Shown here: in pieces, positions 52,191 to 60,977 of the stretch
How the letters are laid out: the number at the start of each line of letters is the position of its first letter
Position numbering within the stretch: the first letter of the stretch is position 1
NCBI GenBank assembly: GCA_024636445.1
Contig: JAGXHE010000088.1
Coordinates: 790 to 64,789, forward strand
Length of the DNA: 64,000 nucleotides
Source: Sulfitobacter sp.
Lineage (GTDB): Bacteria; Pseudomonadota; Alphaproteobacteria; Rhodobacterales; Rhodobacteraceae
Direction of reading: 5' to 3'
Made by a program: the position numbers and the translations under genes
The notes under the pieces: generated by a model
Databases searched by the model: none
What the model was told of the DNA's origin: nothing
Seen by the model: only the letters and a program-made list of their open reading frames with translations

Positions 52191-52204
52191 TTGATCTGTA
52201 TCAA
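52191..52204. promoter_or_regulatory. FNR/FixK box in the fnrL-hemN divergent spacer
   Basis: TTGATCTGTATCAA is a perfect match. It lies 4 nt from the fnrL ATG and is centred ~42 nt upstream of the hemN ATG. Confidence 0.75.
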
Positions 52205-52239
52205 AGAGGAGGAGGGTAGTTGTACGTAAGGGTAACGTG

Positions 52240-53595
52240 ATGAAACAGATTGATCAACTCCGCCACTATGGTCTTTTTGACGCGACCGCCCCGCGTTACA
52301 CCAGCTACCCGCCGGCCAACCACTTTGGGCCGGATACGGGCGCTTTGCATCACGCTGAATGGCTGGGTGCAGTTCCGGCCGGAACGGACATCTCGCTGTA
52401 CATCCACATCCCGTTTTGCAAGCGGTTGTGCTGGTTTTGCGCCTGCCGGACCCAAGGCACCAAGACGCTGCGGCCCGTCGATGCCTATGTCGATGTGCTG
52501 CTGAAAGAGATCGCACTGGTGGCGCGGCATCTTCCCGCCGACGTGCGTATGGCGCGGCTGCATCTGGGGGGCGGCACGCCGACCATTCTGTCGCCCAAGA
52601 CCATGACGCGCCTGCTGAACCGGGTGTTCAGTACGTTCCAGCGCGCTGCGGGGTTCGAGTTCTCGGTCGAGATCGACCCGACCGAGGCCGCGCCCGAGCT
52701 TCTGGAGACCCTGGCCGCCCAAGGCATGAACCGCGCCAGCATCGGGGTGCAGGATTTCGATCCCAAGGTGCAGGAGGCCATCGGGCGGGTGCAGACCTAT
52801 GCCCAGACCCACGACTGCATCGAAATACTGCGCGCGGCCAAGGTGCACAGCCTGAACATGGATCTGCTTTACGGTCTGCCGCACCAGTCGCAGAACACGC
52901 TGGTCGATACGCTGGAGCAGGTGCTTGCGCTGCAACCGGACCGGCTGGCGCTTTATGGCTATGCGCATGTGCCGTGGATGTCGAAACGGCAGGTGATGAT
53001 CGACGAAGATGCGCTGCCGACATCCGAAGCGCGCTTTGGCCTGACGGAAATGGCAAGGCAGATGCTGTGCATGGACGGGTTCAAGCCCATCGGCATCGAC
53101 CATTTTGCCCGACCCGGCGACAGTCTGGCCCAAGCCGGTCAAAACGGCAATTTGCGGCGCAATTTCCAGGGCTATACCGACGACCGTGCCGAGGTTCTGA
53201 TCGGACTTGGTGCCTCTGCGATTTCTCAGTTCCCCCAAGGCTACGTGCAGAACCAGTCTTCAACGGCGGGGTACACAACGGCGATCGGGCAGGGCCGTCT
53301 GGCGGGCGCGCGTGGTCATCTGTTGACGGATCAGGACCGGCTGACCGCGCGGATGATAGAACAGCTGATGTGCAGCTTTGCCATCGACGCCGAGGCTTTG
53401 GCAGCCGAGTTTCCAGATCAGGGCACAGCCATATCGCAGGCTATCGCAGGTTTGATCGAGACCTATCCCGATGCCTGCTTTCGCCGTGGCGAGGGGATGC
53501 ACATGCACGCGGAATTCGTCCCGCTGGTGCGGATCATGGCCAGCCATGTCGACCGCTACCGCGCGGGCCAGACCGCGCACAGTTCGGCGATCTGA
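52240..53595 (+). CDS. hemN: Oxygen-independent coproporphyrinogen III oxidase (radical SAM)
   Basis: 452 aa with the CxxxCxxC motif (CKRLCWFC) and the HemN C-terminal domain. An in-frame GTG at 52237 is an alternative start. Confidence 0.95.
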   Translation: MKQIDQLRHYGLFDATAPRYTSYPPANHFGPDTGALHHAEWLGAVPAGTDISLYIHIPFCKRLCWFCACRTQGTKTLRPVDAYVDVLLKEIALVARHLPADVRMARLHLGGGTPTILSPKTMTRLLNRVFSTFQRAAGFEFSVEIDPTEAAPELLETLAAQGMNRASIGVQDFDPKVQEAIGRVQTYAQTHDCIEILRAAKVHSLNMDLLYGLPHQSQNTLVDTLEQVLALQPDRLALYGYAHVPWMSKRQVMIDEDALPTSEARFGLTEMARQMLCMDGFKPIGIDHFARPGDSLAQAGQNGNLRRNFQGYTDDRAEVLIGLGASAISQFPQGYVQNQSSTAGYTTAIGQGRLAGARGHLLTDQDRLTARMIEQLMCSFAIDAEALAAEFPDQGTAISQAIAGLIETYPDACFRRGEGMHMHAEFVPLVRIMASHVDRYRAGQTAHSSAI

Positions 53596-53640
53596 GTTGG
53601 GCTCGCGGCGGGCTTAGAACGGCTCACCCCGAGCGCGTTT

Positions 53641-54414
53641 TCAAGTTTGCCCTTCGGTCTCGATATAGACCACGCTGCCGCAATGTTTGCAGTGGCTCGC
53701 GTCGCTGTCATGCAGTCTCAGCCCGCATTCGGGACAGGGTATTTCGACCTTTGAGGGCCGGAAGATCGCCTGTAGCAGGTTCAAAAAGAACCCCACGCCA
53801 AAGATCATCACACCGATGCTCATCAGCCGACCGGTTCGATCGGTCAGGGTAATGTCGCCGTAGCCGGTCGTGGTCAGTGTGCTCATGGTGAAATAGAGCG
53901 CATCGATATAGGTTTCCAGATCCTCGTTGCGGTCACGCTCCCACACCCAGATCATGCTGGTGACCACAAAGATGAACACCAGAAGATTGGCGGCGGCACG
54001 GGTGACGCGGATGTTGATCGCAATGTCTGTGCTCAGGCTGTCGAGTCGCTCCAGCACGCGAAACCCTCTGACAAGACGCAGCATCCGCAGGACCCGCAGA
54101 AAGCCCAGGTTAGAGCCGGTGATCAATGGGGCCAACAGCGAGGCCAGCACGATCAGATCGGAAATGGTGGTCAACGACCACAGGAACCGAAACCGGTTTT
54201 TCGAGATCCAGGTGCGGGCGACCAGGTCGGCCAGAATGACCAGACCGATGGCCAGATCAAGTGCGATCAACGAAGTATCCAGATCGTCAATGGCGGTGAA
54301 CAAGAAATAGCCGATGGTCAGAACATCAAAGACCAGAATACAGGTCCGAAACAGCTTTGCCCTGCGCGAGGTGCCCTCATAGAGGTCTTCCAAAAGGCTC
54401 TTCACCGATAACAC
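53641..54414 (-). CDS. Voltage-gated-type (6TM) potassium channel with C-terminal zinc-ribbon
   Basis: It has an S4-like segment (LRVLRMLRLVRGFRVLERL), the selectivity filter TTTGYGD and a C-terminal CPECG-x11-CKHCG. Confidence 0.85.
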   Translation of the reverse strand: MLSVKSLLEDLYEGTSRRAKLFRTCILVFDVLTIGYFLFTAIDDLDTSLIALDLAIGLVILADLVARTWISKNRFRFLWSLTTISDLIVLASLLAPLITGSNLGFLRVLRMLRLVRGFRVLERLDSLSTDIAINIRVTRAAANLLVFIFVVTSMIWVWERDRNEDLETYIDALYFTMSTLTTTGYGDITLTDRTGRLMSIGVMIFGVGFFLNLLQAIFRPSKVEIPCPECGLRLHDSDASHCKHCGSVVYIETEGQT

Positions 54415-54617
54415 TCCTTCATCTTACCTGCCTTCGAAGTCTCGCCGGTCAGGTCAGTGCTTGCGCGGTGTTTCACGTAGCACGCTGCTTGATCTTGCAA
54501 AACCTGCGGGCCTCACGGCAAAGCGTTACTGGGAGCCGATAGAGTTGAGACATTCGTGGAAAACATCCGAAAACCATCAGAAAATCGGGGTTTTGGATTT
54601 CTGTTTTGCTGCTGAAA

Positions 54618-54887
54618 CTACTGATCTGCCATTTTTTGAAGTGCGTCGATCACGCCGTCGGACAGAGTTTGCAGATTGCTCTGAAGCGCCATCGCGGGGC
54701 ATTGCTATTTCAGCCGCGCGGTCATGTTGGCGCTGCTGATCCTGATGCCCTCTACTTCGGTCTCCATCACGTCCTTCTGCGGGCGTTCGATCTGCACCTC
54801 TGCGGCGTCCTTGGCCGAGAAAACCTCGACGGGGATCGACACCAGTGACAAACGAAGCTGTCCCTTCCAAAGCGCGCGCGGTGCCAT
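54618..54887 (-). pseudogene. ku: Truncated Ku (NHEJ) relic
   Basis: MAPRALWKGQLRLSLVSIPVEVFSAKDAAE matches the conserved bacterial Ku N-terminus. The frame hits TAG after 60 codons (54705) and a second TAG 28 codons later. Full-length Ku is several-fold longer. Confidence 0.6.
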
Positions 54888-54966
54888 CGTTCTGTGCTTA
54901 TTCATGGATTGAAGACATAACCGCCGGGGTGTGAAATTGAATCCGGGGCGCGCGCACGCATGCGCA

Positions 54967-55911
54967 TCAGGCTTGTCGCTCGCCCAGTTTGTCGGCCTTT
55001 TTCGCGCCGCGACTGCCTCTGGGTTCTCTTTCACCGACGGTGCTGTCGACGCGGGTCTGTGCCTCCATCTCGGCGTTGAACTCGGCACCGATCAGCACGA
55101 TGAAGGCTGAAATCCACAGCCACATCAACAGGATGATCGCCCCCGCCATGCTGCCGAAGGTCTCGTTATAGCTGCCGAAGTTGCTGACGTAGATGGAAAA
55201 ACCGACCGAAGCTGCCAACCACAATGCGCATGCGATGATGGTGCCGGGCGTCAGCCATTTCCATTTGGCGTCGTCCCGCGAAGGGCCATAGCGATAGAGC
55301 ACCGCCAGACCGGCGATCGTCAGCGCGGCGAGAAGCACCCAGCTGCCATAGGACAGCAGGTTTTCCAGCCACGCGGGCAGGCCGAACACGCTGATCACGA
55401 CGGGCAGGGCCAGTGTGGCCGTGAGCCCGCCAATAAGGCCGACAATCAACAAAAGCGTCAGGCCGAGAGTCCAGAGTGTGCGTTTGATAAAGCCGCGTTT
55501 TTCCGCCTCGTCATAGACCACATTCAGGCCTTCCATCAGGCTCGCCATGCCCTTTGACGCAGAATAGATCGCCAGCGCGAGGCCGAGGATGAACGCCCAG
55601 CCAAGTCCGGTTTTTTCCGATCCTGTCACTGCGACCGCTTGATCCAGTATGATCGTTGCGGCGTCTTCGGGGATAAGCGATGTCAGGTTTTCGATTTGCT
55701 CGGTGATCTGTGCCGGTTCGACCAGCAGACCCGCCAGCGCCATGAGCGCGGTGATTGCCGGGAACAGTGCCAGAAGCGCGTAAAAGGCGACACCCGCCGC
55801 GATCAGGGACAGGTGGTCGCTCACAATTTCGTCTTTGACCCGAAACAGGATATCTTTCCAGCCTTTGCGGGGAATTTCTGTCGGAGTCTGTGCATTGCGT
55901 CCGCGCATCAT
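54967..55911 (-). CDS. yihY: YihY/BrkB family membrane protein
   Basis: 314 aa. GWKDILFRVKDEI..D.LSLIAAGVAFYALLALFP is the family N-terminus. It has six TM helices. Confidence 0.9.
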   Translation of the reverse strand: MMRGRNAQTPTEIPRKGWKDILFRVKDEIVSDHLSLIAAGVAFYALLALFPAITALMALAGLLVEPAQITEQIENLTSLIPEDAATIILDQAVAVTGSEKTGLGWAFILGLALAIYSASKGMASLMEGLNVVYDEAEKRGFIKRTLWTLGLTLLLIVGLIGGLTATLALPVVISVFGLPAWLENLLSYGSWVLLAALTIAGLAVLYRYGPSRDDAKWKWLTPGTIIACALWLAASVGFSIYVSNFGSYNETFGSMAGAIILLMWLWISAFIVLIGAEFNAEMEAQTRVDSTVGEREPRGSRGAKKADKLGERQA

Positions 55912-55972
55912 GGGATACCTTTCGTCATGCAGCCCGCCCCCGGATAGGGGCAGGCCACTGTTTCATATGAGC

Positions 55973-57238
55973 TTATTTGTTCACGTCACCGAGCTTTTGC
56001 TTGTCAGCCTCGCTTTTGGCGGCGTCGGCAACACGTTGGCCGGAGGCTTTGGCCTTTTCGGCGGCCTTGTTGGCCACGTCCTGTGCCGCGTTGTCCGCGT
56101 CGGCTTTGTTGTCCGCGTCCGCCTTGGCTTCACGGGCGATGTTTTTCGCCTCGTCAGTGGCGGCTTGGGCAACTTTGCCCAGCTTTTCCTTTTCTTCGGC
56201 GTAGATACGTTCCGCCTCGTCGAACAGAGCATCGCTGGTCTCGCCCATATACGCGTCTTCGGCCCGGCTGCGGGGCAGGGAAGCACCGATCGCGGCACCC
56301 ATCGCCAACGCCAGAGCGCCTGCAACAAGCGGGTGCTCTTCGAACATGTCGGCTGCGCGTTCGCGTCCGTATTGCGAATAGCGGCCCGTGGCCTGCCATG
56401 CGTCCATTGCACGTTCGCGTGCTGCGATGACACGCTCGCGTGCGTGCTCGCCCAAGGCTTCGGTTCCTTCGCCCAGACGCGCGCGCATCACCGATGCTCT
56501 GTCTGCGGCGGAGCTTGCGGAGTTTCTGACGCCGTCCGCAACAGACCGTCCGGCATCCGAGGCTGTGTCGCGTGCGGAGCGTGCGCCGCTGGCGACGGAC
56601 GAACCCGCGCTGCGGGCAGACCCGGCAACCGATGACGCCGCACTCGATGCGCCCTTGGATGCGGACGCTGCTGCGCTGTGCGCACCCTCGGAGGTACGCG
56701 ATGCCGCAGAGTGAACGCTGTCGGATGCGCGCGACGCCGCGACACGGGCACGATCGGTCAGATCCTCGTGGTCATCCTCGGTCGTGCCGCGCGCCCAGCT
56801 TGGGACGGATTCGCGCCGTGTGTGCGTGGCTTCAGCCATGGTGCCCGGTGTCGGGGCCGTGCGGCGGAACCGTTCGGCATAAGGGTCCGATTGCACATCA
56901 CGACTGCGGTCGCGGTCACGGTAAGGATCAACGGGGCTGACCCGGTCGTAGTCCGCGTCGCGGCGGTCGTAACGGTCGTCCGACTTTGAGTTGCCGCCGA
57001 ACATCAGCCAGGCAAGGCCGACACCTGTGACAGCCAGGGCCACCGGGTTTTTCTTGACGGCTTCGGTGACCGAGCGGCCAAAGTCGCCGCCGTGTTCGCG
57101 GAATTGGTCGGAGAACTGGCGGGCCATGCCTTCGATGGAAAACCTTTCTTGCAGATCGTCCAGCGTATGTCCAAGCCCCTCGCGTTCACGTTCGATTTCA
57201 CGTTCGATTTCGTCGGTGCTTCTGGAGTCATTTGTCAT
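55973..57238 (-). CDS. DUF3618-type stress protein with disordered Ser/Ala core and Lys/Ala-rich C-terminus
   Basis: The N-terminal part (TDEIEREIEREREGLGHTLDDLQERF) and the TM segment (NPVALAVTGVGLAWLMFG) are typical of DUF3618. The middle and C-terminal regions are low complexity. Confidence 0.75.
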   Translation of the reverse strand: MTNDSRSTDEIEREIEREREGLGHTLDDLQERFSIEGMARQFSDQFREHGGDFGRSVTEAVKKNPVALAVTGVGLAWLMFGGNSKSDDRYDRRDADYDRVSPVDPYRDRDRSRDVQSDPYAERFRRTAPTPGTMAEATHTRRESVPSWARGTTEDDHEDLTDRARVAASRASDSVHSAASRTSEGAHSAAASASKGASSAASSVAGSARSAGSSVASGARSARDTASDAGRSVADGVRNSASSAADRASVMRARLGEGTEALGEHARERVIAARERAMDAWQATGRYSQYGRERAADMFEEHPLVAGALALAMGAAIGASLPRSRAEDAYMGETSDALFDEAERIYAEEKEKLGKVAQAATDEAKNIAREAKADADNKADADNAAQDVANKAAEKAKASGQRVADAAKSEADKQKLGDVNK

Positions 57239-57626
57239 CGTAGACCTCCTTCAATGTTTGCGCATCGCGCTTGACATTCTTGGCCGTGCGGTTGGGCGCA
57301 AGGCTTTTCAATTTCAGATCGCTGGTGCCCTTGTTGACCATCACATAAGCGATGATCCCGAGAAGCAGGCCGACGATCAGTGCGGACCAGCCAGCGTCGA
57401 TGCCAGCCTCGGTCAGTCCGGCCACGAGGGCAGCCGAAAGCACGTTGAGCGCGGTCAGTGCCACGACGACGGCGCCGACGATCATGCCAATGGCAATTCC
57501 TGCGGCCTTGAGGTTTTCGTCGATCTCGGCACGGGCCAGATCGACCTCGCTGCGCATCAGCGAACTGACGTGAGACAGGGCCTCGCTGAGCAGGCCGCCT
57601 GTGGATTTGTTCGGATCGGTGGTCAT
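57228..57626 (-). CDS. Holin-X-like (Phage_holin_3_6 family) two-TM membrane protein
   Basis: 132 aa. It has a SLMRSEVDLARAEI amphipathic start followed by two TM helices. It overlaps the downstream gene by 11 nt. Confidence 0.75.
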   Translation of the reverse strand: MTTDPNKSTGGLLSEALSHVSSLMRSEVDLARAEIDENLKAAGIAIGMIVGAVVVALTALNVLSAALVAGLTEAGIDAGWSALIVGLLLGIIAYVMVNKGTSDLKLKSLAPNRTAKNVKRDAQTLKEVYDDK

Positions 57627-58207
57627 GATCTTCCTCCCGTTTCTACGCGTGGTGCCGTGGGTGTGGACCCTGCGACCGGGCTGGCGGCAGGACTGCGGGC
57701 AGTAGTTGGAGCGGTACGGTCCATGGCCGCGCTGCGTCCGGTGGACCCGAGGTTTGTGTCCATGCGCGTTTGGGTGCGTTCCGGTGTGCTCGACGCCTTG
57801 GCAAAGCGCGTGGCGGCAAACCCGACCAGCGCGGCACTGCCCAAGAACATCAATGGATTACGCTTGGCGAAACCGTTCACATCGTTGACGATCTCCGACA
57901 GGTCCTTGCCGCGAACGGCGTCGGATGCATCGGCCAGGCCATCGGCGATCTGGCTGAAGGTGCGTTCTTGCGGCGATCCGCTGCGCAATTCGTCAGCAGC
58001 CGTGCGCAGCGCCGATGCGACGTCTTTTACTTCGTCGGCGGCGGATTGCTTGGCCTGATTGGCGTAGCTTGAGGCCTCGGACGAGACCGTATCGGCCATG
58101 TTCTTGGCGCCGGATTTGAGATCTTCAGAGGTGGAAGCAGCTGCGTTTTTGGCATCGTGCTTCAAGGTATCCCCTTGAGACTTTGGGGTGTTTCCAGTGG
58201 TCGTCAT
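57623..58207 (-). CDS. C-terminally anchored helical stress protein (nutrient-deprivation-induced / ElaB-like architecture)
   Basis: 194 aa. It has an Ala/Lys/Ser-rich helical N-domain, one TM (NPLMFLGSAALVGFAATRFA) and a Pro/Thr/Ser tail. It overlaps the next gene by ATGA. Confidence 0.6.
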   Translation of the reverse strand: MTTTGNTPKSQGDTLKHDAKNAAASTSEDLKSGAKNMADTVSSEASSYANQAKQSAADEVKDVASALRTAADELRSGSPQERTFSQIADGLADASDAVRGKDLSEIVNDVNGFAKRNPLMFLGSAALVGFAATRFAKASSTPERTQTRMDTNLGSTGRSAAMDRTAPTTARSPAASPVAGSTPTAPRVETGGRS

Positions 58208-58221
58208 GGTGACTTCCTTTC

Positions 58222-58290
58222 TTAGAATAAGAGATTCAGAACTGCGAGAACGACCACGATAAGGCCGATCAGGTAGAAAATGCCGTGCAT
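58222..58290 (-). CDS. Candidate 22-aa hydrophobic leader peptide
   Basis: MHGIFYLIGLIVVVLAVLNLLF, with AGGA 9 nt upstream of the ATG. Its stop is 14 nt before the next gene. It is too short to evaluate by composition. Confidence 0.35.
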   Translation of the reverse strand: MHGIFYLIGLIVVVLAVLNLLF

Positions 58291-58333
58291 GAGGTTTTTC
58301 CTTTCGTGTTCAGTCAACTAGTTGTGAGAACTC

Positions 58334-58358
58334 AACACTCAGGGGCGGCTGTGGTTCC
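58334..58358 (-). promoter_or_regulatory. Candidate sigma-EcfG (general stress) promoter
   Basis: On the minus strand, GGAAC-N16-TGTT (consensus GGAAC-N16/17-CGTT). The -10 element lies ~44 nt upstream of the 22-codon ORF. Confidence 0.35.
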
Positions 58359-58438
58359 AGAATGCCCTGCAAAGGATGTGAATATATCGGCGGTTCAATG
58401 CCGTCGCGCGCGCACACGCGTTCAATCTGAGGTTTAGC

Positions 58439-59845
58439 TCAATCACTTTCCTTCTGGTCGTCGCCAAAACTGTTCCAGGACAGGTTGGTTCGGCTGTCTT
58501 TCAGCGCGTTCAGGTAGTTTTCGCTCCAGCGTCCAACATCGGTGGCTTTGACCCGCTTCATGCAATCTTGGTATCTTGCCTTTCGCTCTTCCAGCGGCAT
58601 GTCCAAGGCCTGCGCCAGCGCTTCGCTCATCTCCTCGATGTCGTAGGGATTGACCAGCAACGCCTCTGTCATGTCTTCGGCGGCACCTGCCATTCGAGAC
58701 AGCACCAGAACGCCCGGATCTTCCGGGTCCTGGGCCGCGATATATTCCTTTGCCACCAGATTCATCCCGTCGGCAAATGGGGTGACAAGGCCGACACGCG
58801 CATTGCGATAGAGCTTTGCCAATACGTCACGGTCGATGTTGCGGTGGATATAGCGCAGCGGCGTCCAGTCAAGCTCGGCGTTTTCGCCGTTCAATCGACC
58901 GGCCAGTTCTTCAAGCTCAAAGCGGATGTCTCTGTAGGCAGTCACTCCCTCGCGGGTGGGCGGTGCGATCTGCAGCAGGCTGGGGCGGCGTTCCTTGTCC
59001 TTGCGCGTTTCCAGATAGCGGCCAAAGGCGCGAAACCGGTTCGGCAATCCCTTGGAGTAATCCAGCCGGTCAACGCCGATCACATACTCGCCCGAAAGAT
59101 CCTTTGCGATCTCTACGTCGTTCGAAGTCTGGTTGGCAGTCGCGACGAAGGCTTCTACGTCGATGCCAATGGGGAACGACCGCACGGACACCCGTTGCTC
59201 GCCATATTTGATCTTGCCGTCGTTCATCAGTTCGGCACCCAGTTCCGAGCGGAACATTTCCAGACAGCGCGCCACGTCCGAGCGGGTTTGAAGACCGACC
59301 AGATCATAGTCAGCCAGCCAGCGCGCCAGATTGGCCGATTCCGGCAACGCGCCGAGGTCGCCCAGCGCTGGGAATGGAATGTGCAGGAAAAAGCCGATTT
59401 TGCCTTTGAACCCGAGTTCGCGCAAGTCCGAGGCCAGCGGGAAAAAGTGATAGTCATGGACCCAGATCATATCTTCGGGATCAGCCACATTGACGATCTG
59501 CTGCGCGAGGCGCTTGTTGACCCGTCGGTAGCCTTCCTCGAAACGACGGCTCATCTGAACCAGATCGCCCCGGCGGTGACAGACCGGCCATAAGACAGAG
59601 TTCGCAAAGCCAAGATAGAAGGTCTTGTAATCCTCTTCCGACATCTCGAACGCCAGCCGCTGATAGTCGGACTGATCACCGATCTTCTTGAGTTCATCAG
59701 ATGGTGTGGATCGAAATTCGGGATCGGACCCAATCCAGATGCCACCGGTGCTGCGCAGCGTTTCGTGCAGTGCAAATACGAGCCCGCCAGAGGGTGTGGC
59801 CGCTGTCGGAATGCGGTTGGACACAACGATTAGCTTGCCGGACAT
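58439..59845 (-). CDS. otsA: Alpha,alpha-trehalose-phosphate synthase (GT20)
   Basis: Trimmed to [13 protein letters not shown]. Full-length OtsA pattern ([22 protein letters not shown]). Confidence 0.93.
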   Translation of the reverse strand: MSGKLIVVSNRIPTAATPSGGLVFALHETLRSTGGIWIGSDPEFRSTPSDELKKIGDQSDYQRLAFEMSEEDYKTFYLGFANSVLWPVCHRRGDLVQMSRRFEEGYRRVNKRLAQQIVNVADPEDMIWVHDYHFFPLASDLRELGFKGKIGFFLHIPFPALGDLGALPESANLARWLADYDLVGLQTRSDVARCLEMFRSELGAELMNDGKIKYGEQRVSVRSFPIGIDVEAFVATANQTSNDVEIAKDLSGEYVIGVDRLDYSKGLPNRFRAFGRYLETRKDKERRPSLLQIAPPTREGVTAYRDIRFELEELAGRLNGENAELDWTPLRYIHRNIDRDVLAKLYRNARVGLVTPFADGMNLVAKEYIAAQDPEDPGVLVLSRMAGAAEDMTEALLVNPYDIEEMSEALAQALDMPLEERKARYQDCMKRVKATDVGRWSENYLNALKDSRTNLSWNSFGDDQKESD

Positions 59846-59998
59846 CTGTTCGTTTCCCCATTTGTTCTCGCGCGGGAAACTTGGCGCGTGGGATACCATC
59901 ATTGGCACATCCACCCAAAATTCCGCTTATAAGGGAAACAACTGTGTCCAAAAAAAGTTCAATTGAAAGTGAAGGAACCGAGGCTTTTGTCCCTGAGG

Positions 59999-60977
59999 TC
60001 ATTGGTTCTGACGTTGGTTGAGAAAGGCCAGAAGGCGCCGCTCGGGCTGGGTCAGCCCGTCTTGCGGTTTGGCCTCAGGCAGCGATTTTGGCGTGGTGCA
60101 TAGGTCAAGCACTTCGGGATGGATGTAACTGCTGCGCGCAATGGATGGTGTGTTGTTCAGACGTTCGGCGGCGGCCTCGGCCATGTCCTTGATACGTGGC
60201 GCGTCGGTGTCCAGGGCCACCGTGAACGCGGCGACGGTGCCGGCCCAAGTGCGAAAAGTCTTGGCCGAAACACCCTCGGTTCCGCATTTTTCCGCGATGT
60301 AGTCGTTCAGCGCCGCCGACGTCAGCGCATGGGCCGTGCCGTCTGTTCCCAGCCATGCCAAAAGCTCCGCACCCGGAAGTTCGCGGATCTCGCCCAGAAC
60401 CCGCAAAAGCGTCTTGTCCGCAATCTGCCGTCGCACGCGTTTGCCGCCCTTGGCCCGAAACGACACTTCGAGTTTGTCATCGCGCAGCCGGACGTGCTGC
60501 CCCTTGAGCGTCAGGGTGCCGAACGATCCATTGGTCCTGGTGTATTCAGGATTGCCGACCCGCAGCGACAGCCGGTCGATCATCGCCACGGCGGCTGCCA
60601 GCGCAAAGCGTTGGGCACCAACCTCACCTTGCAGATCGCGCATAATCGCCCGGCGCAGGCGCGGCAGAGCGGCTCCGAACTCTGCCAGACCCGCAAATTT
60701 CGTTTCCGCCTGCGCCGCGCTCCATGCCGGGTGATACCGGTACTGCTTGCGGCCGCGCACATCGTAGCCCGTGGCCTGAAGATGACCGTTCTCGAAAGGG
60801 CATATCCAGACGTTGCCGTAGGCAGGCGGCACCGCCAGCGCGTTCAGGCGTGTGCGCTCGGCCTTGTCTGCGATGTGTGTGCCGTCCTTGGCAAAATAGG
60901 TAAACCCACGCCCGCGGCTGCCGCGTGATGCCGGGACGGGAGTCAGGATAGTACCGGAGCGAATGCGGCGCGGTCAT
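59999..60977 (-). pseudogene. DNA topoisomerase IB, interrupted by a single-nucleotide frameshift
   Basis: The N-terminus (MTAPHSLRYYPDSRPGITRQPR) is in one frame (track ORF 60624..61010). The continuation (GRGFTYFAKDGTHIADKAERTRLNALAVPPAYGNVWICP...) is in another frame (track ORF 59999..60832, extended upstream). The junction is at about 60905..60920. Confidence 0.8.

Noticed and set aside
54489-54502. TTGATCTTGCAAAA as a fifth FNR box upstream of the K+ channel gene
   Set aside because: Only one half-site matches. The second half (CAAAA) is poor.
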